NCBI GenBank assembly: GCA_001244265.2
Contig: CDLV01000005.1
Coordinates: 1,550,001 to 1,614,000, forward strand
Direction of reading: 5' to 3'
Origin: Microbotryum violaceum
Taxonomy: Eukaryota
Length of the DNA stretch: 64,000 bases
Notes under the pieces: generated by a model
What the model was told of the DNA's origin: nothing
Seen by the model: the letters and a program-made list of their open reading frames with translations, nothing else
Database searches by the model: none
In this document: piece by piece, positions 29,081 to 42,405 of the stretch
Layout: every line of letters begins with the position of its first letter
Position numbering within the stretch: position 1 is the stretch's first letter
Program-made: the position numbers and the translations under genes

Positions 29081-29655
29081 TCATACTCCCGCGACGGTCT
29101 CCTTTGTCTCTGCATGACTCCCGTTCCCATTGACGTTCCAATTCCCATTCATCTTCCCAACTGCGCCACCAGTGCCGTTGATCTTGCCCTGCCTCCACGT
29201 GGCCCACTGACCCAACTGCTGCGCGGCCAACCGTTCGGTGATGAACGCGCTATCCTTCAGCGCAAGGCGGAACGACTCGAGCTTGAGCAGATCGAGGTAT
29301 TGCAGACAGAGCGGGTAGTGCACGAAGCGGGCATAGCGCGGTTGTTGAAAGTAAGCGAGGTAGGTGAGATAGTTGAGGAAGGTCGGATCGTCGAGATGCC
29401 CCTGTTGCGCGAGCGAGTGGAGATACCATGGGTTGGCAAGAGCTTGAACGAACTGAGGAAGAGATTAAAAGGTATCGTCAGCTTAAAAAGCAAAGAGCTG
29501 CTTACAGATTTGCCCCCGATCGCCGATGCCCGTTGGTGGAGGACCTCGGCAGTGTTGAAAGCTATAGGATGACCGACCTCGAGCTCGGTCTCGAACCTGA
29601 CTTGGTTCTTCTCAATTTGCTCTGGGGTCGGCACGTGTGATGTTTCGGCGGCCAT
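29081..29655 (-). CDS. MED31: Mediator subunit Med31/Soh1
   Basis: RFETELE|FVQALANPWYLHSLAQQG..FLNYLTYL..YP.CL..LDLL. Confidence 0.93.
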
Positions 29656-29894
29656 GATGCGACGACGAGAGGTGAGTTCGTGCACGCTGACGAGCGGACG
29701 TTTAGGTTGTGAGCGGAAAGTGATCGAGCTTCTTCTCATTCGCCGGCGAAGCGCGTGAAAGTTGCGAGCACAGGCGCGAGCCAATTCCAACTGCAGTTTC
29801 TCATTCGCACCTACCTCCTACCTACTGCCACGTCGCATCGGATTCCACCTCCACCACCCTCCTCTTCTTCTTGCTCCACCGCTTATCCTCCACG

Positions 29895-31850
29895 ATGCAC
29901 GCCCTACGATCAATCGCCACCGCGCGACGAGGACTGGCCACCGTGGCCGCCAGCAAGCCGTAAGTCCACAACGTTTCGACTTTGGTGATCGAGCTCGACG
30001 ACAATCATTCTCGGAACCTGACCTTCTCACCGCCATGCACACCCTGTAGACCCACAGGTAGGGCACCGAGCACAGCACAGGCCTCGCGTGGGAACTTTTA
30101 CTGACCTTCTCACCCCATTGCCCCTGGTTTCCCTCTCCACCTCCCTCTCGATCTCGTCCTCCTCTCGCCGGTGTCGTCATCTTGTCCGGCTCACTCCTTT
30201 GGCCTTGTCGATCGTACGATCCCATCCCATCAAATCGCTGGGTTCCCTCCCCTCGCCCACAATCTGCCAACCTCCACAGCCGTTGTTCTAATGAACATGG
30301 GTGGTCCGTCCACGGTAAGGGCCACATCCTTTCTCATTCTATTGCGGTGCCCGTGCCGTGTCCAATCACCACTCGCCGATCTCGCACCACGAATCGGACT
30401 TGGGTCAACGCTGTCAGCTTTTAAAAGCACGTGGTTGGAACACGCCAGTCGTCCCTCCATTTTTTTTTCGAAATGAGAAGATGAACCATACGCACAATCA
30501 CACTTCCGTTCCGCCTTACATTCGGACATGAGCATGCTAGCGGCCAAAAACGAGCTCGGCCTTTAGCCAGCCCCGATTACCCCGTCTCCAGACACAGGCT
30601 TTAGTGTACTTTGGCTGACCCTGCAATACTCTCATACACTACCAGGTCCCGGAAACCGGTGACTTCTTGTCTCGACTCTTTCACGACGGCGATCTCATTC
30701 CGCTCCCTTTCCAGTCTTACCTCGCCCCCTTGATCGCCAAACGCCGAACGCCCAAGATCGAAGCTCAATACGCCGCGATTGGAGGTGGCTCCCCGATCCT
30801 CAAGTGGACCCGGATTCAAGGCGAAGGCATGGCCAAGCTCCTCGACGAGCTCTCACCCGAGACCGCACCCCACAAGGCCTACGTCGCCTTCCGATACGCC
30901 AACCCTTTGACGGAGACCTGCCTCGACGAGATGAGGAAGGACGGTGTAGAGCGTGCCGTGGCCTTCACGCAATACCCTCAGTACTCGTGCTCGACCACGG
31001 GCAGTTCGATCAATGAGATGTGGAGGGTCCTGCAGGAACGTTCCAAGGTCGGTAACGAAAAGCCGATCCAGTGGAGTGTCATCGATCGATGGGGGGTGCA
31101 CGAAGGCTACGTCGATGTCAGTTCGATACTCTAGCCACTCCTGGACGGTGCGGTACACTGACTCTCGACCTTTTGATAAAAATATAGGCGGTGGCACGAA
31201 ACATTGAAAAATCCCTCGCGGACTACCCGGCCGAAGTGCGCAACAAGGTCGTGCTCCTCTTCTCGGCCCACTCCCTCCCCATGTCCGTCGTCAACCGCGG
31301 CGACCCTTATCCCGCCGAAGTTGGAGCGACCGTATCGGCAATCATGACTCGACTGGGGCACACGAACCCATACCGGCTGACATGGCAGTCCCAGGTTGGC
31401 CCTTCGGCGTGGTTGGGTCCTCAAACCATCGACGCAATCAAGGGGCTTGGAAAACGACACAACGACATGCTCTTGATCCCCGTGGCTTTCACCAGTGATC
31501 ACATCGAGACCTTGTTCGAGTTGGATTTGGAGTACCTCGAAGAGGCAAAAGAGGTGCGCAAAAGTCAAATCTGATCTTTCAACCCAGGCCGCCGGTTCTG
31601 ACCCAACTTCCTTAATTTTCACGCGCAGATGGGACTGACAGGGGTCCGACGCTGCGAATCTCTCAACGACTCGCCCCACTTCATCCGCGCCATCGCAGAC
31701 ATTGCCGCCAAGCACCTCAAGAGTCCGCAAGCGACTTCGGTTCAAATGGGTCTGCGATGCCCCGGGTGCACGAACGAGAAGTGCGGACACGCGAAGGAAT
31801 TCTTCGCCAGCCACCCGCCGCCGAAGGGGGACGGGATTGCAGCGGACTGA
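29895..31850 (+). CDS. HEM15: Mitochondrial ferrochelatase
   Basis: [65 protein letters not shown]-terminal RCPGC...C. Confidence 0.96.
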
Positions 31851-32211
31851 CGGAGCATTTGATTAAAATGGAATTAGAATTTTGAATTGAGAAGTGTAGA
31901 CGTGTTACAGATGAGATTGACTGCGGTTCCGTTCCGCTGCTGTCCGCGCTATCCTGGGTCTGGCAGGCTCAATCACCCGCCCACCGGGAGGGGATGTCGG
32001 AGCTGGTCGCGCTTTGCTCGCCGGCCCCACATTTCCCTCGGCGCGGACTGCGGGCGAGTCGGGCAAAGCGCGCGGCGCTGGCAGACTGACGCGAAGCGTG
32101 AATCAGCATGCGCTTTGACACATCTTCTCATCTCTGTTGCGAGGTTGAAGACGTGTCATACGAGTTCACGATTTCCATTAGGACGTAGGATCGCCTCAAG
32201 TGATCGCGAGT

Positions 32212-33743
32212 ATGGACCTTCCGCCTCCGCAGCCGGCGTGCATCGCTCTACTTCCCGTGCTGCTCTCGCCTACCCCACGAGCGATCCCGGGTTGGCAGTT
32301 GAGCCAACTGACTCGGTCAGCGCACCACTACCTCTCGACGCCGGTCACTTCGCCCGCCTACTTGCAGCCCGTCCAGGTCGACTATGAGGTCACAAGGCTG
32401 AGGGAGGAATTGACTGACTGTACGTTCCTTGTTGGCGCCGAATGTGTGACGTTCACAAGCTGATTCAGATCTCCCGCGATCGTGTTCCACTCGGGCCCTG
32501 GGCGCTGCTCCATATTCTCCTCTTTCCCTGTCCGAATCACACACCCAAACTTTCGCCCGCTCTAGCGATCACGGATCCGCACTTGGGTGACCCACTCTAC
32601 GCAGCGGATGCATCTGCCATCCGAGCGCTCATTCCTATCGGATCATCCTCCCTCGCCGTCGTACTCGTATGGGAGGAAGAATCGGTTCATCCCTTTGGCG
32701 GCGCGTTCGCCGGTCTCGGCAACGCATCCTCGTCTACTTTCGCCCGTTCCGAAGATCAGGATGAACAAGGATTGGCCGGTTGGCGATTCCTCACTCTCGA
32801 TCGAATCGATCCCGACTCGCCAAGTGCCAAACATTGGTCCTCCGATCTTCGAACCGCATTGGACGGTTTAGCGCGACAACTTTCGGAAGCGGTCGAGACT
32901 ACCGGAACAGGGGGGTCGAAGAAGAAATCGGGCGGGACGGGTCCGATGACGATCAAGACGCCCAAGATTCCCATCAAGAGTCGTGAAGAGATGGCTGAAG
33001 GGGAAGGGACGACACCGGGTGCGTATGGTGCGCCTGAAGATTTCTGGGAAGGATGGGAGGAAGAGGATGATCATTCCGAGAGAGGAGATCACCCATCAGG
33101 TGTACCCGGTGGTTCGATCGGTGAGGCCTACGGCACAAAACCGTTCCCTCTGGAGGAGAAAGAAGCGGCTCAAGAATCGAGCTACTGGGAGAGCTATGGC
33201 AGCGACGTCTCAGGGAGCGTAATAGGAGACGACGACGATGCGCACGACCGCCCTCGAACAAATAATACCCACCACCAAGACTCGGACGCACAGCTCTTAC
33301 TGATGGACGCCGACGATCCGGACTTTGCCTCCCTTTCGAGACGAGCCAGTGTTGCTGCACCCAGTTCTCCCATCACCCGACCACAACGATCATCAACAAT
33401 TCGAGCCGCGGACGGTCCGGTCGTCATGGACGCTCTGGGACTTGCAGGAGCAATACGGCCCAGTCCATCCCGCACGCTGCCCAACGTCGCTTCGAGCAGT
33501 GATGAAATCCCCACAACAAATGGGAACCCTCTTGCCCAAACCCACTATCCCGAAGAAGAAAAGACGACCCCAACGCTTCTCACCTCCTCGCTTGTCGGTG
33601 CCGACTCATCGCCCGACGTCGACGCCCTTCGATTCGCACTCGCAGGGGTGTGGCAACTCTACAGCAAAGGCAGTACCCCGGCAGAACGGAACCAACTACG
33701 CGACACGTTCCTCCGCATCGCAAATATGGTTACCAAGAGCTAG
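32212..33743 (+). CDS. Uncharacterised protein, two exons (intron about 32420-32564)
   Basis: GTACGT...CTAG intron joins ORFs 32200-32463 and 32442-33743 in frame; acidic patches with DFW / YW.SY motifs. Confidence 0.7.
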
Positions 33744-34318
33744 CTTGGAAGGAGTTGTTTTCGAGGTTTTTGACGACTTGTTACGAAGCACTGGTTGCCT
33801 GATTTCTCTTTTAATGAGCTTCTGCCTTGGAATCGCATTCGTTCATAGACGTTTTTCAATACAAATCATACATTGACGTCACGTTATCCCAACTTCTCTC
33901 GGTACTGCACCTATCCGAAGGATTGTAGTCGAGCCCATGGAGAGCCTGCTCGTACAACAATTTGCTCACAAGGCCGAATCCCAAGCGGTGCGTCATTTCG
34001 ATCGACAAGGTCGTCTAATGACATAAATCGCAAGCGGTGGCATCGTACACAGGAGAAAGAAGTAAACAGCACAGAGGAAATAGACACCGAGTAGAACCCC
34101 AAAGAGAAAAAGAGCGAGAGAGAGCGGAGACAGATGCGACAACTGGTCCATCGGCGCTAGCGCTAGCATCAAGGAAGACAGCAACTAGGCGGGACCGCTA
34201 TGTTGAGAAGGTGAATGAGATAATCTGGCCCTCAAGGTCGGAACAGGAAGGTCGCTCTTCTAAACCAAAGAAGTGAACGCTGCGCGGTCGCCGTGATCTA
34301 TTGCGGAAAGACCGACCC

Positions 34319-35597
34319 TCACATGACCTGACACCCACTCTTGGGGGCCTGTTCTGGCTCGGGGTTCATGTCCTTCTCGATCTGCGCAACGACGAGTTCA
34401 AAGATCTTGCTGACGTTCTCGTTGTGGCGCGCCGAGGCCTCGGTGAAGCCGCACATCCCCCAGGACGCGGCCAGAGCGGCACCCTCTTCTCGCGGAACTT
34501 GTCTGAAGATCGCGAGCACGAGTAGACAAAACTTTGAGCTTCCGACCTCTGCAGCACTGAGCCCCGACGCAGGCCCGAGACTGACCTCTGCACTGCCAAA
34601 TCACTCTTATTCCCGACCAAGACCATGGGCACGTTCTCCCGGCCCGTGTAGTTGAGCACCTTTTCCCGGACGATCTGGATCATTTCAAAGCTCGAGCGCG
34701 ACGAGACGGAGTAGACGAGCACCCAGCCATGAAGCCCGACGGCGTGTTTCGAAGACAGGATTGAGAACTCGTCCTGTGTAAGAGTTGGGCTTTGAGGTTA
34801 GCTGCTAGTCGTGCCCATAGTTCTCATTGATCTCATTAACCGCCTAGAGATCGCCGATGTCGATCCCGATGGCCTGGCCTCACGATCGCTCGGTTCGAAC
34901 CGGTGATGCCTTACCTGCCCTGCGGTGTCGATGATGTCGAGGTTGAAGTCTTGCCCCTTGTATTTGACGACCTTCTGGAACGTGTTCTCGATTGTCGGAT
35001 AATAGGAATCGACAAAGTGCGAATCAACGAATTGGACCGTCAACGACGATTTGCCTGGCGAGGGGTCGGATGAGACGCGAGTGGGGTTAGCTCTTTGCGT
35101 GGCAAGCACATGGCGTAGGGACCACGATGCTGCTGTTCGATTGAAAGCTGTGGTCTAGTGTGCATCATGCCCAACGCAACGGCCCAGCCCGCGATCGTGA
35201 GTTTCGAGCCCAGCGGTGACCACGGCGTCGTTCGCGCACCCTCCTTCCCCCACCCTCGGCAATGGCCTGCATCGGCCTCCACCAAGGCCTGCCCACGCAT
35301 TCCATCCCGTTCTGTGGTTGGCAAAGATCTTATCGTCCTGGCTGGTACGCCTTCGGATCGCCCCCCTTCCACTCGATACGCAGCGTTGATCTCGGCATCA
35401 AGACCGTCGCCGCCGATTACCGCCGCCTCATGCGCGGCGCGCGTGGTCGTGGTCGTCACCCCCTCATCTCGTGACCTCATCATCATTAGTCCCGACCCGA
35501 CCAGCCTCGACGGAACACACTCACCAACCGATCTCGATCCCAACAAGGCGATCTTGCGTTGCCGTGGCGGGATGATCTTGCCTGAGGGGGTCGTCAT
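34319..35597 (-). CDS. RHB1: Rheb small GTPase
   Basis: RKIALLGSRSVG|KSSL, YYPTIENTF, DTAGQ|DEFS, VGNKSDL, CAAX CQVM. Confidence 0.96.
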
Positions 35598-36060
35598 GGG
35601 TTTTTATCCGGAATCAAAGAATCAAAGTACGTCCCCGTCCGAGATCAGTAGTGTGAAAGGAGGAAGCGGACGTCCATCGAGTACGCGCAGCCCGCGCCAT
35701 CGCCTCTGGCTTTCCGAAGCGGAGCAATAGCAGCGGAGAGAGTTAGTGGCTACTTTTAGCGGTGCGCTAGCTTTGATTGCCCATCGAGCTTATCCAATAG
35801 CAAATCTTCCACGCTTGGCACTCGAATCTCATCAATGAGCACGTCAAAGGTAAAGTTTTCATAGCCCGTTTGCCGATTAGCCACGTAGTTCGGGAGCCGT
35901 ATCGTATCGTCCAGTTGAGTAGGTCTCCTCCCTATCAAAGGTGGGATGGCCTGACTCGGCTTTAGTTTTGCGAAGAGCATAGAGCCCTCAGAATCTGCGT
36001 TAACTATTACACTACAACGATGATGAGTACGAAGTACAAAGCCTTCCGAAATCCGACTCT

Positions 36061-37113
36061 TCAGAACAAGGTGTCCTGTAAGGGAAGCATAAAGACGAGG
36101 TCAGCACTGTTTATTTGTTTTCGGCAGTAAAAGTGCGCTGAACTAACCTCTTCGCGAAGGTATTCTCCTACATCACTGTGAAGGATCCACATGACCGAAA
36201 GGATGGACAAAGTGTCAGTATGGGGCCTTAGAGTGCAGTTGCTCCACATGAGCAGGACTCACGCCTGGTTAAAGACGATGATGGCGGTAGGGTCGAGCTT
36301 CCTCGTGTCGATCGTACTTCGAGCAGTCACGCCAAAGCCCTATAGTCAAAGCAAATGCATCATTAGCGGACTCACACTTTTGATTTGGTCGTATTGTTTG
36401 GTATAACCCACAAGAGGAATGTCAGTCATACTGTAGACGACGACACCTTGGTGTTCGGGTGTGTCCTCGGTGATTTTACCGAGATGGGCCTTGACGACGT
36501 GGTTGCCATACAAGAAAGGCATCTCTCCGTTCGCCTTGATCCAGATCTGCACGAGCGAAAGCACAAGTCGTCGTGAGATCACCCTGCATCTAACACCTAA
36601 TGAACACGAACTTCGAGCTCGCACCTTGTTCTTGGCGTATCGCCCGAGCAGATCCAAGGCCGTAACGTGCAACCTAAACTTGTCCGTCTTGGAGAACTTG
36701 CCGAGGCAAATGCCGAGCGAGATGAGATTCGCCCGTGGGACCGAGATAGCTTGACGAATGATCTCCTCTCGTACGTAGTAGACCCTTGATCGGTGGAGAC
36801 GGAAGACGTGGGGCTGAGTACGAACCAGAGTCGAGCGAACGAACGAGCGCGGCGAGTTCAGGTCGAATCACCAATACAACAAGTTGGAAGTAGTGTCAGT
36901 CATCAGAGCTTCCTCAGTAGCAAGGCATGCTCGGTCGACCTACATCATCGGGTGTGTCGACGAGGTGGACCAAGTTGGAGCCGATGTAGTTGGCCAACTT
37001 GCTGAAGAGCGTTTTCGTCTCGGCTTCGGTGAGAGGGCGCACTAGACACAACGGACCCAACGTCATCAGCCTCGTATTATTCATTCACTTTGCTGTTGAG
37101 TACTCGACTTACT
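36061..37113 (-). CDS. NIP7: 60S ribosome biogenesis factor Nip7
   Basis: [69 protein letters not shown]. Confidence 0.95.
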
Positions 37114-37791
37114 TGTGGAGGACGTGAATCCGGTGGAGATTGCGCGAGTCCGGAAGGGCCAGAGGTGCGATCGAGCTCACACACGCTCGCGACCGGCTGC
37201 GAAGCTTATCCACACGCGGACGGTCCGTGCGCCCGTCGGGCTTTGGACTCGAGAACTCCACAGCAGGCTCCGATTGACGAAGGCTGCATGCAGCAGTGCA
37301 GCCATATCGCCCGGCGCGTAATTCCAGACCTTGTAAAATCCCCTATCTCATTGTACCTTGCATAATTTATTCCTTACTTCCCACAGTGCAAGCACATATG
37401 TCATCTTCCACATCGGACTCGAGGTATCGTCGACGTTAGGGGCTCGAAAATTGAGTTTTTTTAGGTACACCCTTCCAAGGAAGTTATACAACAGATAGAT
37501 GGAGACTAATGCTCAAATCCACGCATTGGCGCGCCTGGCACGCAGTGCTGGTGGGTGACGACGCTTCCACCTTGCTCCCCCACCTGACACCAACGGACAG
37601 CAGACTCCCCAAAGGTGAGCCTCGAAATCGTCTGACCGCGTGCAAGTCCAACGCTAAGCAGCGCATACGCTGATTAAACTTTCACCACGGTCCGTTCTGC
37701 GTTCCCCAACTCGAACCCCACCTCGTCGGCCCCTTCGCTCTTCGCATCGCCGGGTACAACCGACCAATCATTGATCGACCGTGCTCGACAG

Positions 37792-39283
37792 ATGCATCGC
37801 AACTCGTACGACTCGGACAACACCACACTCAGTCCAGCAGGACGACTGCACCAGGTCAGTTGGAACAATACCGGCCGGACGGGCCAGCTCAGTTGATGAC
37901 GATCGCCTCAGCACAAGGGGAAGCTGACGACGTCCTACTGTTTCCCGGGTACTACCCATGCCACAACCTCCTCTCCACCAGGTCGAATACGCACTCGAAG
38001 CTGTCAAGCAAGGATCGGCTTCCGTAGGACTCAGATCCAAGACGCACGTCATCCTGTTGGCGCTCAAAGTAAGCAACCGGGCGAGATTGACGCGTCAGCG
38101 CCCCCTCAGATCAAGCTCGATCGCCCTATCCCTCCATCGACATACAGCTGACATTGTGTGTTTATTCTATACCCACTCCAGCGCTCCACGGGTGAGCTCG
38201 CCTCGTATCAGAAGAAGCTGATCCGCATCGACGACCACATCGGTGTCGCCATCGCCGGCCTCACCTCGGATGCGAGGGTATTGTCGTGAGTACCCAACCT
38301 GCTTACTACAACCAAACACAATCTGACGTCCACTGTTGATTCTTAAAGGAACTTTATGAGGACGCAAGCCATGTCGTCGAGGATGCTCTACAACCGACCG
38401 ATGCCCGTCAACCGAATCGTCAATGCGATTGCCGACAGTAAGTCTAGTATGCTATCACTGTCGAATACTACTGTAGAAAGGATGGAAACTAAAACTCTAG
38501 AGCCTTTGATTTGCACAGAGGCACAAGTCAACACGCAGCACTACGGCAAGCGGCCTTACGGTGTCGGCTTCCTCGTGGCAGGCTACGACGTGAGTTGACC
38601 CCGCGACAAGACCATAGAGTGTGGTTGACTAAGCATGACATTCCGTGTATTCTCTTCGTAGTCTACCGGCTCCCATCTGTACGAGTTCTCGCCCACGGGC
38701 AACTGCTTCGAGTATTTTGCCATGTCAATCGGTGCCCGCAGTCAATCCGCAAAAACTTACCTCGAAGCTCATTACGACGAGTTCCCGGATTGTCAGTTTA
38801 TTTCCTTTCCGACCGTTTCCCAATTGCCAGTGCTTACCAAGTAACATGACGGTCTGGTTCGCGTCCTCTCGAGCAGGCGACCTCCCGAGCTTGATCAAGC
38901 ACGGCCTCCATGCATTGCGCGACACGCTCCAACAGGACAAGGAGCTCTCCCCACTCAACACTTCGATCGGTATCGTTGGCGTGTCTTCTTCTTCCTCCAT
39001 AACAACAGAGTCCCACGTTGCCCCCGTCGCTCCCATCGGTTCGGAATCGGATACCACTTCGGTGCCAAAAGGGTTCCAAGAGTTCCGCATCATCGAGGGA
39101 GACGACCTCAAACCCTACTTGGAGAGCATGGACCCTAAGGAGTCGCTCAATGCGGACACTTTGCCTTCATCCTCTGCAACGGCGACTGCGACAACTGCCA
39201 CCGGGCCAGTTTCGAGTGAAGGACCGACGACGGCAACCGGAACTGAAGCCGCGGCAGGCGGCGAAGCGATGGAGACGGATTGA
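37792..39283 (+). CDS. PRE5: 20S proteasome alpha-6 (alpha type-1) subunit
   Basis: [66 protein letters not shown]; ends METD. Confidence 0.95.
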
Positions 39284-39484
39284 TTAAAAGGGGATGATAT
39301 GATGTATTAGATCAGGACCATGCAATGTGATGGGTGAACTGAAATGTGCTATGGGGGCCTTGGACGTTGAGTGGCTCGGCTTCGGCCTCCAACTATCGCT
39401 GCGTGACCTCGGACCGCCCTGATCCCGTGAGCCACTAACAAGCACAGCGGCTCGGCAGGTTCAAGTGACGTCTGACAGGACAGG

Positions 39485-41781
39485 TGTAGTATCGTCTCGT
39501 ACGCGGCGAAATGACTCGGGGCCGAACAAGTTAGCCTTGAAGGTCGTAAACTGACGGAAATCCGGGCGAGCCACGATGTAAGGCCGGTGGCCTTACAGAA
39601 GGATCGCGAGTACTGGGCCGATCGACTCGTCGTATTTGTTGTCCTTGAAGAGGTATTGTAGACTGTATTCTGGTTTCAGGGGGTTGGTTCGAATGAATGT
39701 GTTCCTCTAAGAGGGAGAGAGAGGACGGAGACTGAACTACACAAAAGGGGGAAGCCGGCCAATAATGGTCCAATATTCGGTTAGCCGGGTTTTGGCCAGA
39801 TTCAGTCGTTGGTCATGCGCGTGCGAGGCCGCTCGGGCCTCACATCCTCCTTCCCAAATCCAATATGGTTGGATTTTCATCTATCGTCGTGTGGGAGTAG
39901 CCACCTCCTGTCCTGTTTCCTCGTGGTCCTCTTCAGGGTCGGGTGATAAAACGGAAGTATTCCGCAATTCTGGGATCGCCAAGTCGTTTGATCCTCTGTT
40001 GAGAGAGGTCATCGTCACGCTGTCGATCAGAAAAAGCGGCTTGGGATTGAAAAGGCGGTTGGGGAATCGGTCTTCGTCGGTGGCGATCCACTTCTTCACC
40101 TGGCTGCCATGAAATCGGGGGTGAATCCGTCGTTGTGCGTACCGCGGAGTGAGTTCCAGAGTGTACGTCGAGGTGGCAGGAATGAAATCCACGCATTCAA
40201 ATGGGCCGGCCCAAGGGGCAGTCCACTTGCGTGATCGGTTGGGTGCGCAGGCGAAATTCGCTGTGCGCACCAAAATGAATTCTCCTATGGCCTTCTGAAG
40301 GTTGGCGTCGGGTTTTCGCTTGCGGTTGGCAATGACGGCTTGGTTACCATGCGCTTTCAAGACACTGTCGAGTGCGCACAATCATCTCTGCACCGCTTGC
40401 TCAATCAAGTCGCCGGCGGTAGTGCCGTTGGGGGCTCGTGCCCAGCCGGGCACATTCTTTGGTGCTACAATTCAAGCCAGCTGGTAGGGCGAGTACCCTG
40501 TCGAGGAGCTTTTCGTAAATTTGATGGCGTGTACCACAAATGGTAGTTGATCAGGCCAGTTTGTCTGTTCTTTGTTCACGATCTGTCTCATCATCGCGTT
40601 GAGGTCTTGGTGCATCCGTTCGATGCGCCCGTTCGTTTGCGGATGAAAACTCGTGCTAAGGAGTAGCGTCGTGCCGAGCCCTTCAAACAAGGCTCGCCAA
40701 AGATATGACGTCCATCGAGGGTCGCGGTCAGATATGATCTGAGTCGGTATTCCCCACTGAGGGAACACAAATTGAAAACACAGTTCCGCGCATCCCTTTG
40801 CGGTAATCGTCTGTTCGCAAGGCACGGATATGACCTCTCCAGAGAAGGTGTCAATCCAGTTGCACAGGAAATCAACTTCCTTTCCTTGCCATTCCACTTT
40901 CACCAGTGGGCCTTGAAAGTCCACTGCAACTGTCTGTAGCGGGCCTGCCGGTATCGGCATCGAGTGCAATTTGCCGTTGCGCATTTGCGTACCGGTCTTA
41001 GAGATGTCAGAGTGTATATTGCTGTTTCATCCCACTTCTATTACCGATCACGATTAGTTACTAGTTGTTGATATTAGTCGCCTCGCGCGCTCCTTCTCTG
41101 CGCTTCTCTTCTTTCTCAAACTGTCTTTACTATCATCCTCGGCTCTCGTACTAAACATATCTCGTGCCTTGGCTTTAGGTTCTAATAAGAGACTTGGCAT
41201 GCTTCGCAGGTCTTGCAATATTCTTCGATATCTGCACTCATAGTGGGCCACCAGTAGTGATGTGCTGCGTGAGCCAGCATATTTTGGCTACCAGTATGTA
41301 CTGTTCATCTCGTGTACGTGTTCCAACACGAGTTCTCGGACTTTTCGTCCGTCCACGGTGCCGGCTGCGATGCACAGTTGGTCGCCGTAAATTTCGTCAT
41401 TCTGCCACAGAGCGCCATCAGCATTAAGGGTGTATCAATCGAATCATCAACGGTGGTCACAATCTTCTTGAAGAAAGGATTGTTCAGGTAGTCCGTGGCT
41501 GCTTCCCACGTCCTGTCTTGGTGCTGAGGGTCAAGATTCAGAGCTTGATCGGTGGGGATTCCACCTTCCTCCTCGAGTCGCGCAGCAATTGCCTTTTCCT
41601 TGCGCGACAGTTTACTTGGCTTAGGCTTTGCCACATTTGGCGTCGGTGTTGTCTCCACCACTGGAGTCTTGGTTTGTTCGGTTTGTCTCGGCTGAGCAAG
41701 ACGACTACTGCGTCGAAGTGTTTCGGTCTGCAGAGACTGCAGCCTTGCTCCTAGTAGCAAATTATTGAAACTGAACAGCAA
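39485..41781 (-). mobile_element. Ty3/Gypsy G3, 3' fragment (integrase, PPT, 3' LTR 39485-39844)
   Basis: HYWWPTMSADIEEYCKTCEACQVS|KTG..GKLHSMPIP, VAVDF.GPL, IISDRDPRW, FHPQTNGRIER, WAGPF; PPT GGGAAGGAGGA 39845-39855; LTR TGTGAG...ACTACA; frameshifts. Confidence 0.9.
41005..41187 (+). repeat. Solo LTR (family S), 183 bp, inserted into the G3 integrase
   Basis: TGTCAG...CTAATA flanked by the 5-bp TSD AGAGA (41000-41004, 41188-41192); the integrase reading frame resumes across it. Confidence 0.8.
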
Positions 41782-42405
41782 TGTGCTGAACAAGTTGGCG
41801 GCAGGGACGAGCCAATGAGTTCGTAATCAAGTAAAGATTGAAATAAAGGAATTCTTCACATACCTGAACGAGTTGGCGGCAGGGACAAGCCAATGAGTTT
41901 GTAATCAACTGAAGAAGAGGAGACAAAGACGCAAATTGCGCGCGCGACTAATATAAAGTGGAGACGCGCGTAGTGCGGATTTAAGGCAAGAGTAATTTAC
42001 CCCCCCTTGCTCTTGGCCTGAAATTCGCCGAAGGCCAATAGCGTCGCAATGACGCTGAAAAATTGCTCGAGGCAGCAGCTTGGTGAAGATATTGGCCACC
42101 ATGTCATGGGTAGGGATGTAGGTGACCAAGATCTCTCCATTTCGAACATGCTCCCGAACAAAGTGCTCCAACATGCGAAGGTGTTTGGTGCAAGCATGGA
42201 AGACCGGGTTCTGGGTGAGCGCAATAGCGCCTTGATTGTCTCCAAGCAGATGAAGGAGCGACGATGTGTCAAGGCCGAGCTCGGTGAGGAGCAAGCGAAG
42301 GAAGACTGCCTCCTTGGCAGCGTGCAAAAGACCCAGATACTCGGCTTTCGTAGACGAACACGCCACTCAGAGTTGGAGACGGGATGACCACAATATCGCG
42401 CCACC
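41782..42405 (-). mobile_element. Ty1/Copia 3' fragment (RNase H, PPT, LTR family U about 41782-42001)
   Basis: STKAEYLGL..GDNQGAIAL..NPVFH..TKH..HFVRE..MVANIFTK; PPT GAGCAAGGGGGGG; LTR carries a 45-bp direct repeat. Confidence 0.88.

Noticed and set aside
15850..39283. Two proteasome alpha genes as a functional cluster
   Set aside because: They are 20 kb apart with unrelated genes in between, and no shared Rpn4-type motif was seen.
9203..39283. Mating-type locus or secondary-metabolite cluster
   Set aside because: No pheromone receptor, homeodomain, PKS or NRPS genes were recognised.
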